Source: Octopus vulgaris (taxonomy: Eukaryota). From it: 64,000 nucleotides of DNA. A model generated the notes under the pieces. It was not told where the DNA came from and made no database searches. It was given only the letters and a program-made list of their open reading frames with translations. The stretch's first letter is position 1, and each line of letters opens with the position of its first letter. The DNA lies in contig OX597822.1 in NCBI GenBank assembly GCA_951406725.2, positions 108,438,001 to 108,502,000 of the forward strand. Direction: 5' to 3'. This document shows, piece after piece, positions 41,383 through 56,745 of this stretch. The position numbers and the translations under genes are program-made.

Positions 41383-43403
41383 CTTAGAATAACTTAGAAA
41401 GGTTTTGGCCAGTATTGGCCCAGGCCATGTCTAACTTAATAGCACCACCTGGCGAAGTCTTTCAATTCAGGATTTGGGCACCAAGGCCCATTCGAGCAGA
41501 GAGATATTGTTTGCGGAGACATATCCGGTTGTGGGTGGTTTGTCCGGGACTGTTTGAAGTAATTTGTCCAAAGACTTCTTGAATTTTGTGTGGTCAGTTT
41601 CTTTTTTGATGTGTCCTGGTGTAATGTTGAAGAGAGCGGGTCCAATTGAGGTGAAATAGTTGTGCCGTATTGTCGTTATGTGATGCGATTTAGATTTTTG
41701 TTGTGGACGGATGACACGTGGTCCAAGTCTTGGATGTATTTTGAAGGTGATGCCAACATCATTCGGACAGTGCTGATGGAATATTTTCCACATCATACAG
41801 ATAATGTAGCGTTCACGGCGTCGTTGGAGTGAATACAGTTTCAGCTTCTCTAGTCTACCCAAGTAGACAAGGTCTGACATGCCATCTATCTTTTTTGTGA
41901 TTGACCTTTGGGGAGCTTCAATTCTCATAATATTTTGTTTTGTGTAGGGAGACCACAGTGGACAGCAGTATTCAAGATGGGGTCGGGCAAAAGTGGAGAA
42001 GAGAACGATAATAGTGTGGGAATTTCTCGACTGGAAGGTTCTGAGAATCCAGGAACACATTCTGCGGGCCATGTCAACTTTGCTGCTTATATGTGTAGCC
42101 CAGCTTATGTTGTTGTCCACTGTTACTCCCAAGTCTCTGATATTGTTGGACGCCATGAGAATTTCTCCAGAAGGAAGGGAGTATGGGAGTTTCAGAGCGT
42201 CTTCCCTTCCAAAGTGGATCATTTCGAATTTGTCTTCGTTTAGCAGCATGTTATTCTGTTCCGCCCATTGGACAACAGCCAGTAGGTCTGACTGAAGGTT
42301 TATTCGGTCATCCACGCTGGATCTTGGAATCATCAGCGAAGGTTCTGATGTTACTGTGTCTGATGGTGTCAGTAATATCATTTATGTAGATGATGAAGAG
42401 GAGTGGGCCCAACACAGTGCTTTGTGGGACACCACTGCTGACTTTGGCTGGGCTGGATTTGACTCCTTCGACTACAACATGTTGGGTTCTGTTAGACAAG
42501 AAGCACTTGATCCACTGCAGCAGCTTTCCAGTGACAGCAATATTGGACAGCTTTCTCAGAAGGATCTTATAATCAACCCTGTCAAAGGCCTTGCTGAAAT
42601 CAAGGTAGATGACATCAGTGTTGGAACCCTCTCCCAAGGCTCTCAAAATGTCATCAAAATGATGCAGTAGCTGCGTCAGGCAATCTCTTCCATTGTGGAA
42701 TCCATGCTGGTTGGAGTTCAGCATATTATGACTCTCAAGGAAGTGTGTCATACGCGATCTGAGCACTCTCTCAAATACCTTAATGATATGAGAGGTGAGT
42801 GAGATAGGACGGTAATTCACGGCAAGCGATTTGTTTCCTTTTTTGAAAACTGGGACAACAGTCTGGGATAGAAGGTCTTCTGGTATATATCCAGCATCCA
42901 GTGAGTTCCGCCACAGATTGGATAGAGGGGGTGCAAGTTGGTTTTGACACATCTTCAGAACACAAGCAGGGAACCTATCGGGACCTACTGCTGAATTACG
43001 CTTCATTTCCTTTATTGCTGCTAAGGCATCAGGAGCGCCAAATGTTATGTCCGATAAAGTGTATTGGGGAGTAACATCACTGATACAGCCCAGATCAGTC
43101 ATATCAGGATTACTGAAAACAGAGCAATATTGTTTCTGCAATATCTCTCCCATGGTTTTGGCATTGTCTTGAAGAGTACCATTTTCATCAATCAGAGGGC
43201 CAACAGTAGAACCAGTGACTCTGTGTTTTTTTGCAAATGAAAATAACACTTTGGGATTGAGTTTGATCTTCTCAATGGCCCAGGCCTTTTCAGCTCTTCG
43301 CTGACTATTGATGATAGACATCATGTTGTTTTGGAGTTTATGTTTTTTAATCTCTAGCGACGAGATGGCAGTCAATTGGTGTGTTGCTGTTGACATAATT
43401 TAG
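41381..43403 (-). mobile_element. 5'-truncated CR1/Jockey-group LINE (RT, frameshifted near 42310)
   Basis: NYRPISLTS, QHGF, YLDFSKAFD, GVPQSTVLGP, FADD, RPHLEY; same 3' UTR as the 56662 element; ends in (TA)n. Confidence 0.92.
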
Positions 43404-43540
43404 AAATAGGATAAAATCTTCATAAGTAATTATCAAGTAGTTTTCTCATAAGAGAAAAAACTTGTAAATTTTTTCCACTTGAATATATTTATTTATATTA
43501 TATAGAGTAGCGTGCGGCATTTATGTGTAATAATGCCCTC

Positions 43541-43572
<32 letters not shown>

Positions 43573-43794
43573 TTAGACATTCAATTACTACAGTTCATCT
43601 TAGAACACCATATAGTCTATCATTAACAGGACTGATTCCAGAGTGGTTACTAATAAACTTAGTGTTATTACAAATTATGACATATAGCACGAAAGTTGGA
43701 AGAATTGTGATAAACACAAGAGTCTAGTATTTGTACTTTACCGCCGTGTTCGATTAGAAACTCAGCATTTAATGTTCAAATAAACTAAATAATA

Positions 43795-43838
<44 letters not shown>

Positions 43839-43924
43839 ATTGCCGTACCAGACGCTAGCTCTTATGGTTTATGCTCATAAGTGAGTGGAAGTGTTTAAGC
43901 ATAGTTTGGCATATTTTGGTCATA

Positions 43925-44123
43925 TCATGCGGAGAAAATATCGGAATGGTCAGTGGCAAGGGAGGAAGAGGCCGACCAAGAACCCGCTGGCTTGACACCA
44001 TCAAGAGTGATACCGGAATGGACCTAGCCAATCTGAAAGTAGCGGCCCAGGATAGAACTGGCTAGATGACACTGATCCATCGAGTAACCGAGAGTCGACT
44101 TCGACTGAGCGGATAGACAGATA
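43925..44123 (+). mobile_element. RTE/BovB-like LINE 3' fragment
   Basis: G.VSGKGGRGRPRTRWLDTIK...AAQDR...IHRVTESRLRLSG*, then a gata-type tail. Confidence 0.75.
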
Positions 44124-44390
44124 GATTTTGACTTTGTATAAAAGATGGGCTACAACAGGCATTCTACTCCAAACCGTTCTTTTGCTTGTTAATTGCTTGA
44201 CATTAAGCAGTTTAGCATGTTCCCTTGATGGATGGTGATATGTCCATCTCTGAATCCGGAAACATTGGTGTGTCTCTCGCTCTTCACACCCCATGCACAC
44301 AGAGATATTACCAAAACTAATATATATATATATATATATACTTTCATACATAAATACATACATACACACATTACTATGTACATACATCCA

Positions 44391-44433
<43 letters not shown>

Positions 44434-44956
44434 GCATAAATACACTCATACATACATACATACATACACATATCTTAGATTATAATAATTCAAACTTAAG
44501 AAAATGAAGAGATAGCATTGATAAAATGTATTATCTTCAAAAATCAAACCTGGTTCCTTACAGCTGTTTCAATTAAGCCTAACAGATTAAATAGCAGTTA
44601 TTAAAAATCATTATTTTAGGCTAAATGAACGTAAGTAAATGGAGATATAGCATTTAATAGATATTTATTTATTCACTATCTGCAAAAATCAAACATAGTC
44701 ACAGCTGTTTGAATTTATACTAAAACATTAAATGGCAATTATTAAAATAATTATATTAGGGAATTTCTCTTCAAAGGGGTAGAAAGAATATATGACGTGA
44801 GGTTTTTCATGTGTTGTATGATACATATATTTTTTTATCTGTCGTTTATATATTGGCAAATAATCTTTACTTTCAGGTACTGTTACTGTATGTCTCTCGA
44901 TGAGAGATTTACAAAGATTAAAGTATATACATACATGCATGCATACATACATACAG

Positions 44957-45349
<393 letters not shown>

Positions 45350-45539
45350 CACACACTCACAACTCCTCAAAATGTGTGACCACCTCTAGCACGCATGCTT
45401 TGAATTTTTTTAATCTTTCAAATTTGAAATTTTCTCTCCCTATATTTCATGTCGTGTAAGTTTATAAGCTTTCATATACTTGTATACGTGTGATTGTGCA
45501 TGTGTATGTATGTACCACACACACATGCATATCATCAAA

Positions 45540-45578
<39 letters not shown>

Positions 45579-45653
45579 CTTCATACAAACATATCCACAT
45601 ACACATATTACGTATACATTATGCATACATGCATGCACACATACACACATGTA

Positions 45654-46170
45654 TAAGTTAATTAGAGGATATAGTAATGTCTTAAAGGGATGATTAGATC
45701 CAAGAAAACACTGGTTCTATACCTCATGTCTTTGGGAAACAAAATTTCCCTAAATCAGTAGATATTTATAAAAGATATTATCCGTATTAATTTACGAGAA
45801 GAAAATGGAAAGTTAGCTGTTAAGATTTCTATATTAGTAGATTGATAACCATTTCTTCCTACAGCAGTTTTCATTTGTACTCATTCAATAAATTAGAGAC
45901 TTATGTATTAACTTTGCATTTATAAGTTATGGGGAAAATATCGCCAGTGAAAATTTAAACATTAATGAATTACATTTTGACCTACCTATTCATTCCAAAC
46001 GACTAGAAATATGGAATCATTTTATTTTTTATCTATGTGTGTGCCTGAGGGATAATGGTTTAATTTGAATATAATATATTAAAGTAAAATAAAGAATTAA
46101 GATAAAGTAAAATGAAATAAACCAGTGTAATCATCCCTTTAAGAGGTTAATATATACTCTAATTCACTTA
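45654..46170. repeat. Diverged inverted repeat (45654-45716 vs 46120-46170)
   Basis: taagttaattagag...cttaaagggatgatta...cactggtt is mirrored by aaccagtg-taatcatccctttaag...ctctaattcactta. Confidence 0.6.
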
Positions 46171-46307
46171 AATAATTTACATATATTTATTAATTTAGCA
46201 ATAAAAAGTACTACACTGGTAAAAAGGAGAGAATTGAAATTGATACATCTTTAAAAGATATACCTATACCATCTGACAAAATATATGACGGATCTAATAA
46301 AAAAAAG

Positions 46308-46541
46308 CGATGTTCGGGGGTCACACACGCAAACACAGACACACACACACACACTCGCAAGCTCGTACACACACACACATATATACGACGGATTTCTTTC
46401 AATTTCCGTCTATCAAATCCATTCACAAGGCTTTGGTCGGCCCGAGGTTATAGTAGAAGACACTTGCCCAAAGTGCCAAGCAGTGGGACTGAACCTGGGA
46501 CCATGTGGTTGGTTAGCAAGCTACTTACCACACAGCCACTC
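46308..46541 (-). mobile_element. Family B SINE 5' half
   Basis: Reverse complement of the head gagtggctgtgtggtaagtagcttgct... seen at 33277. Confidence 0.85.
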
Positions 46542-46569
46542 AGAGATGGTTATATTTTAACTCGCAATC

Positions 46570-47150
46570 TGTTCATGATTTATTAAAAACAGAAAATTAG
46601 ATAATTTCTACAGCAATAGAAGTATTTATTACAATAATTCATCACAACACCAGCATAATCTACCTAAATTACAGAAGGGAAATAACATATATTAACTCCT
46701 TCCTTAAGTATTCTACGAATAAACATATATAAATGAAACCTGTGACCGTAAAGTTGAAACTAATTGTAAATTTTTTAAAATATGTAAGAAAGATAACTTA
46801 GTCTACCAAATGTATATTTGAATCTCATGGAAGGAAATTCTTTTATATAGGGTCAACAGCAAACAAAATAAAGTTTAAGGTCGCTAACCAATTACAAAGC
46901 TTTAAAATAGACTCTACCGGATGAAGTAACTTCTTATGGGAATTATAGGATAATAACATCGAATTAAATCCTAGATGGACATTTTTAATTTTGCTAATTC
47001 ATATAAAATCTCAAACAAACGATGTGAGTTGTATACAGAAGAGGCATATAAAACCCTTACATTTAGGAATAATTTACTTAACCCAAGAAAAGAAAACAAA
47101 GGCTTTTGTTTACATAGCGAAATTTAGTTTCTCTAACCTTAATTATCATA
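46570..47150 (+). pseudogene. Decayed PLE GIY-YIG endonuclease C-terminus (Naiad-like)
   Basis: TCDRK..NC..IC..DNLVYQ / FYIGSTAN.IK.KVANQLQSF..ST.*SNFLWEL...PRW / SYK.SNKRCELYTEE...LLNPRKE..GFCLH, with stops and frameshifts. Confidence 0.7.
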
Positions 47151-48110
47151 TGGTTATATTAAACTATTAATCTATTCATATCCTTCAATATTTAGGGGGC
47201 ATTTCACTTACTGAAATAATAGATTAGTTATTTAACCTATTGATAAAATAAATTAGGGTTATTTTATCTTTAGATATAATTGATTAGTGTTATTTAATAA
47301 TAGATTAGGAGCATTTTACATGTTGATATAATAGATTGAAATTAATATGTACTCATTTATTAAAAGAATTTTCTGAATCCATTCCGCTAATGTAATTTGC
47401 TTATTATATATCTTCTACGTAACAGAATATTATACCTAGATTAAATCTCTTATAATACATACTATATTCAACTCTATAACCTTACATTAATAATTAAAAT
47501 TCTAATAGAAAAAAAGTTGAGCTAATTAATAACAATTATTCATGAATTTATTGAGATTAATCATTATGCGCCAAATATGTTTCGTAGCTATAGATACGAA
47601 TTATGATGACGTAATGTACCAGATTTCTATATGATACCCTTTTTCTATATTTATACATAACTTAATAACATGGAAAATTTCTCTGATAATACACATTATA
47701 TTAAGCCTATTATATTAACTTTGAACAATAATTAACAATACTTATTAATTAATTGAGATGAACTGAATTCTTATGTATTGTGAGAATTCCGCAATTTTTC
47801 TATAGACACCAATTATGATGACGTACTGTGGCAGATCTCAATCCATCGCTAATGTAAACAAAGAATATATATTTAGCATGCTTGTTATGTGACATATATA
47901 CACCTACACCTTATGTAAAAGTCATTTTACGTAAATGAATTTGATCTGAACATTAATTTAATTATACTGTAATATAAAGGAACACTATTAAATTGAATGT
48001 TGTCTTATGCATGTGTGTGTGAATGTCTTGTGCATGAGCTTATATACATGTATGAGTGTATCTATGCATTTATATCTGTACATGTATACGTATATACATA
48101 CCCCCCCCCA

Positions 48111-48141
<31 letters not shown>

Positions 48142-48148
48142 TACATAC

Positions 48149-48208
48149 TCCACCAGCTGGTTTTCGGTGCAAGTTCTGCCGAGCTTTCACCGAAAACCAG
48201 TTGATGGA
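48149..48208. other. Isolated 28-bp stem, 4-nt loop hairpin
   Basis: tccaccagctggttttcggtgcaagttc-tgcc-gagctttcaccgaaaaccagttgatgga; two mismatches and two G-U pairs. Confidence 0.85.
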
Positions 48209-48395
48209 TAATCTGCCTTGGGTTAAAGTAGTAGTAATATTCATCTGCCACGTTGATGTGGCTACTTGCTTTAGTGTACAATTTAGTACACGTTACTACT
48301 CCATCTCTTCTTAAAATTTAATAAAGATAGATATATTTACATCATTTACGTTATTTACATTTTGACGTATATTTGTCCTCATCTTGTTTGTTTTT

Positions 48396-48441
48396 AACAC
48401 AACGTTTCGATTGATATACCCTCCAGCCTTCATCATGTGTT
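48396..48441 (-). ncRNA. Minimal type I hammerhead (C3 mutated)
   Basis: Minus strand: aacac ATGATGA a ggctg-gagggtatat-caatc GAAAC GTT gtgtt; perfect 5-bp stem I. Confidence 0.7.
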
Positions 48442-48478
48442 TTGGGGAAATTAATCATTCCTAAGGTATTTTTCGATG

Positions 48479-51638
<3,160 letters not shown>

Positions 51639-51655
51639 CAGTAGTAGTAGTAGTA

Positions 51656-51722
51656 TTCATGTGACTGCCTGGAATCGAACTCGGAATTTTGGGGTTTATA
51701 GCCTGCGCTCTTAACCACTACG
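51656..51722 (-). promoter_or_regulatory. tRNA-like Pol III internal promoter (A and B boxes)
   Basis: Minus strand cgTAGTGGTTAAGAgcgcagg...ccGAGTTCGATTCCaggc; imperfect cloverleaf, not a functional tRNA. Confidence 0.7.
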
Positions 51723-52216
51723 GAATTTGCCGAAACGTTGTGTTAACAACAGACAATATGAGGACAAATATCCGTCAATTGTATATAATGTAAATAATGT
51801 ATATAATTCCTTATCTCTTAAATATAGAGCTCTATAGATATATTTGATTATAAATGGAGGCACCCCATGGGACGACCGTGATTAGATATTTCCATTATCA
51901 ATATCACCGTTGTCATTAATTTTATTATTATTACTGCCGTTATTGTTAGCGCCATCGCTTTTATAAATATGATTTGTATATATATATATATATATTCAAT
52001 TCGTCCTTAGTCGAAAGACACCTGTTTTTATGTCCTGTTATTATTTTTATTGTATTCTTATTATATTTATATTTGTGTAACAACGTCGGTTCATTCCGTT
52101 CTTGTTTTTGTGTGCATTTGCTGCTTTTTTCCATGGAATCTAATGCTCTTAGCTTAGTTTTTCTTTGGGGCTGGCCAGATTGGACCAATCTCAATCATAA
52201 TCAGCCGAAATTGCGA

Positions 52217-52272
<56 letters not shown>

Positions 52273-53025
52273 ATGATAGGCCCGCTCGCAGACGACTGAA
52301 CAGGCAAACCCACAAAGTTTACTTGGTGATGAGAGGAATGTCTGGTCACCGTGCAGGAAGAAAAAACAAGACCCGTCAAAAGAGAAATAAGAACTGAAAG
52401 TACCTGAACAATTCCGATGTAACCAGACACGCTTGATTCGAGAAAAAAAAGACAAGAATTGCTAACAAAAGGTGAGTCGGAAGAAGCATAATGGATAGCT
52501 GTGTCTACAAATGTCACAGCTGAGGACGTTGATAATGAAAGTGATGAACTTGTGGCAAGTGGAGCGAACGAAAATGAGGTCAGAAGTGAGTCAGTGGTCA
52601 GTGTCTTGCAGGATAATGGAACGAGTGAAAAAAAAGATGAGTAGTGGGATAAACAAATGCAAGAAAAGGGTGACGTGGAACAAACATAAGACTAAAGAAG
52701 TCAGAGAGAACATCTCTGAAGAAATGGACAAAAGCGATGTTAGTGTTACGGAAAGCTAAGAGAGTGGAAATTATATCCAATACAAAGAAACCTATTGGTT
52801 CTACGACTGAGTTTCTTGCAAGGAAAATAGGATTTATAAATCAATTAAATGAGAAAAGTGGGATGAACCATATGTAAGAGAATAATTAGAGAATGAATTA
52901 GGGAAATAAGCTAGCATATTAAAATCTTAGCACGTAAAAAGAGTGTGGAAGTTATTCTACATACATTGGTGGTATATTTTCATGGCACGCGTCAGGATGA
53001 AAGGCATTTCGGGTGATAAACCATT

Positions 53026-53104
<79 letters not shown>

Positions 53105-54049
53105 TGTATGTATGTATATGCTGGCAGAAGTACCCGGTAATTCGCGGGAAAGCGAGGCTTGTCCCTTGGTTCCATTCTCATAATTGTTTCCCTAATCCAG
53201 TAATAACAATACAAAGTATGTAGCCCTTAAAACAGTTTTTGTTCATTTACAGAGAATATCGAACTGCTTTACAGAGGATCTTGTTTTCATGAATTCCCAA
53301 TAAGTTATGAATACTCAAATTCTTAAATCAGTTATGTAATAACATGAAATTAGTTATCCGATAGTAACAATTCAATTAGAATAGTCCTGAATGCGTTCCT
53401 TGATTATATAGAACGTAGGAGGAAATACTAATAAGGTATGTATACTAAAATCGTGAAGTGTGTTCCATAATAACAGGCTAGTCAAATATGAGATAATAAA
53501 CAATTCAAAGTAAATAACTCTGAAAAGGGCTGTTGTGCGTTCCCAGAGAATATTACCCTCAGGGACCTAGTGTTGGTATACGTCACTAACCGAAATAAGT
53601 GCATCTATTGTTATGGAAAATACTATTTACTCGTTTAATGGGTGTACTGGATAAATTGCGAAAATAAATCTAACAGCTCAAATACTAAGAAATGAGCATG
53701 CTCAATTTGAATTATACCAAATACTTTGGGAAAATGAACGGGCTATTTCCCTTGGCTCCATATAAGGATCCCTTCCAGTGGTGAATGGGTTATTTCCCTC
53801 GGCTTTTAAAATAAAATTTATTATATATATATATAAAAGTTTCTCTTCCAGAGGCCCTGACTTTTTTTTTAGCAATCTGAGCATGCCAGATAAAACGATG
53901 TAGGAAGAGTTAGCTAACAACTCCACAAACACACCCACAGACAGAATTACCCACATATGTAGTATATATATATACTCTAAAGTATTTATACTTCTTTGTA
54001 AGTGAGTTATAAAGATTTCTTTCAATGTCCTTCGCCAAGTATAACGTTG

Positions 54050-55400
54050 AGAAACATGCTACTATGATTGGTTAATTAAAGTAATTCTACTGGTTGCTGC
54101 TATATATATATATCCGTCTTTTACCACCTTTGTCAATGGCATAACAATAGCTTCCGTCCATTTACTGGGCTATTGTCAAGTATGTAAAACACTATTAGTA
54201 AACCTATAAATAAATCAAATATTCCTCCTGCTACAGCAGGCGTTCCGCATGTATTTTATCCGATTGAGGTGATTTATTACATTTTCCTTTCCTAATTACT
54301 TGTATTACTTCTCATATGATTTATGGCTTTAGGTTACTATTATAGTGAATGGCTTTCAAGGGTTGTTTTACCAACCTATTTCGTAGGTGTAAAGTTCCTT
54401 CCATTAATCACTTCAATTGATTTGTTTAGTAAGTTTGTACATTTTCCTCCATTAATTTGGTATTCAGTCCCCATTCCTTTATTAGGTCCTCAACGATTTT
54501 TGTATTTTTTACTTGTGTTATTTATTCCATAACATCTTCCTGGTTCACCAAATTCCGTTGAAACATTGTATATTTACAGTTATTATTTACTTCATTCTTT
54601 TTAATGATTTTGTAGGCTCATCTGTTCTCTGTAACTGTTTTCTCAAGTTTACGGTTTCATTATATCTTGTTAAGACACCATTTTTCATCCAAGAATTCTG
54701 AAATTACGTTATTTTAAGACAAATTTTGTCGACTACTTACATATTATATTAATTAAATAAAATTCCCATCTTCCTAATCTATATCCGTTAAATACTTCTG
54801 ATTCCGAATGGTTTCTTTTTGAATTTTGGTTGTACATTATTGACTTAGCATTTAGTGTTATTGTGATTGTTAAACGATGGTGGTAACTGCCAATTCCTGA
54901 GCTGGAATACGTGAGATTTAACTCCTTCACATTTAACTAAGTGTTTTTAACGGCAGAGAATAGATTATATCAAACACTTTGTTTACATCCAAAGAAATAT
55001 GTTTGAAGTTTTGTGCTGATGTTTTCAATTTACTCTAAATAGACTGTAACGTATTTTCTCCCAAATTTAATAATCTTAACCCCTCTTTAGTTGGTTAGGT
55101 TCCAAGAAATACTTATCTGTTCTTTATTTTCTATATTGTCATAAATATCTTCTATAATTTTCTCAGTTCTTTTCGACAATGGTGTCTTTTGTTTTCATAG
55201 AATTTATTTATATCAGACTCACATTCACAAATCTACTCGGTGTAAGAATTGGAATGTTCAAATTTTTAGGACACAATCGCTCTTAACATTGTACATATTC
55301 CGTTAGACGTATCAGATCGTATTGTGGTGGTTGCTAAAATAAGTTAGCTATCGTTAAAGCTTCTTTCCTGTTCGCATCCCTCCCTCTTAGACCGAATTTT
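54050..55400 (-). pseudogene. Highly decayed APE-type LINE fragment
   Basis: Minus strand KCNKSPQSDKIHAE.L ... PSKWTEAIVMPL (pre-RT motif) and GIGSYHHRL (SDH-like); boundaries approximate. Confidence 0.5.
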
Positions 55401-55804
55401 ATAATGATTTACATATATATGTCCATTCTCTAAATTGTTCCAGTAATTACAAGAGTATTTCTCCTTTCACGAAAATTCGCCGCTCTATTCCATATTGTCA
55501 ATTAGTTTGCATTTTTACAATGTATATTAAATGTATTAGAAATCTATCTCTAGTCCCCCACTCATGTGGTAACCTTACCTACAACAGAAAAGATGGTGAT
55601 ATTTACGAAATACAGTTCTGAGCGACTTGTATTGGTGCAAAGAGGGAAGACGCGGCAAGATGATTACAGAGTCTTCACCAAATCTTATCTTGGACAAAAT
55701 CACATAGAGAATTTCATTTTAACTGCAATATTTCAGTATCAATTTCTTAAAATGTAAATATTCTTGAGAAGTAATAGGCGCAAGTATATATATATATATA
55801 TAAT

Positions 55805-56210
55805 ATAAATATAAGAGAGTGGTCACTATATGGCTCACTCTAGCACCAGTTAATCCAAAAGGTTTCAACCACAAAAATACATGTTTCCCATGAAACATTT
55901 AATTCATTAATAGCGAAACAATTGTCCCAAGATAATCTGTATTTTGTTATTTTTTATTTGCCCTGTCCGTGTGAGCTAACAATCGTACTGACTTTCATGG
56001 GAAACATGTATTTTTGTGGTTGAAACCTTTTGGATTAACTGGTGCTAGAGTGAGCCATATAGTGACCACTCTCTTATATTTATTTTGTAAAAATATTATA
56101 ATATATTATAAAATATTATAATAATCCAGGTTTCTCGATAGGCACTTGGTGTAGAATAGATATACTATTAAATTAGTATCTAATTCTCTCACCCTTATTA
56201 ATTAATTATT
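55805..56210 (+). mobile_element. TA-flanked PLE-like mini-element with a perfect 91-bp inverted duplication (E1)
   Basis: 55805-55895 is the exact reverse complement of 55993-56083; spacer carries the hammerhead half-site GAAAC-aatt-GTC; 3' hairpin GGTG...CACC. Confidence 0.8.
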
Positions 56211-56254
56211 TATATATATATATATATATATATACATATATATATGTATGTGTA

Positions 56255-56295
<41 letters not shown>

Positions 56296-56318
56296 AATAT
56301 ATATATATGTATGTTGTG

Positions 56319-56355
<37 letters not shown>

Positions 56356-56392
56356 TATGTGTGTGTATATACATATAAATATATATATATAA

Positions 56393-56434
<42 letters not shown>

Positions 56435-56510
56435 ATCTATCTATCTATCTATATATATATATATATGTATGTATGTATATCTATATATATGTATGTATAT
56501 ATCTATATAG

Positions 56511-56541
<31 letters not shown>

Positions 56542-56577
56542 TATGTATGTATATCTATATATATACATATATATATG

Positions 56578-56664
<87 letters not shown>

Positions 56665-56745
56665 TTTGATACTTTGATAGGTTTCGGCCATTATTGGCCC
56701 AGGCCATGTCTAACTTAATAGCACCACCTGGTGAAGTCTTTCAAG

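Noticed and set aside
44555-44780. Two acagctgttt half-sites
   Set aside because: No intact CUGANGA partner; probably eroded pLTRs but not callable as ribozymes.
51656-51722. tRNA gene
   Set aside because: Acceptor, anticodon and T stems pair poorly and there is no terminator; better explained as a SINE-type head.
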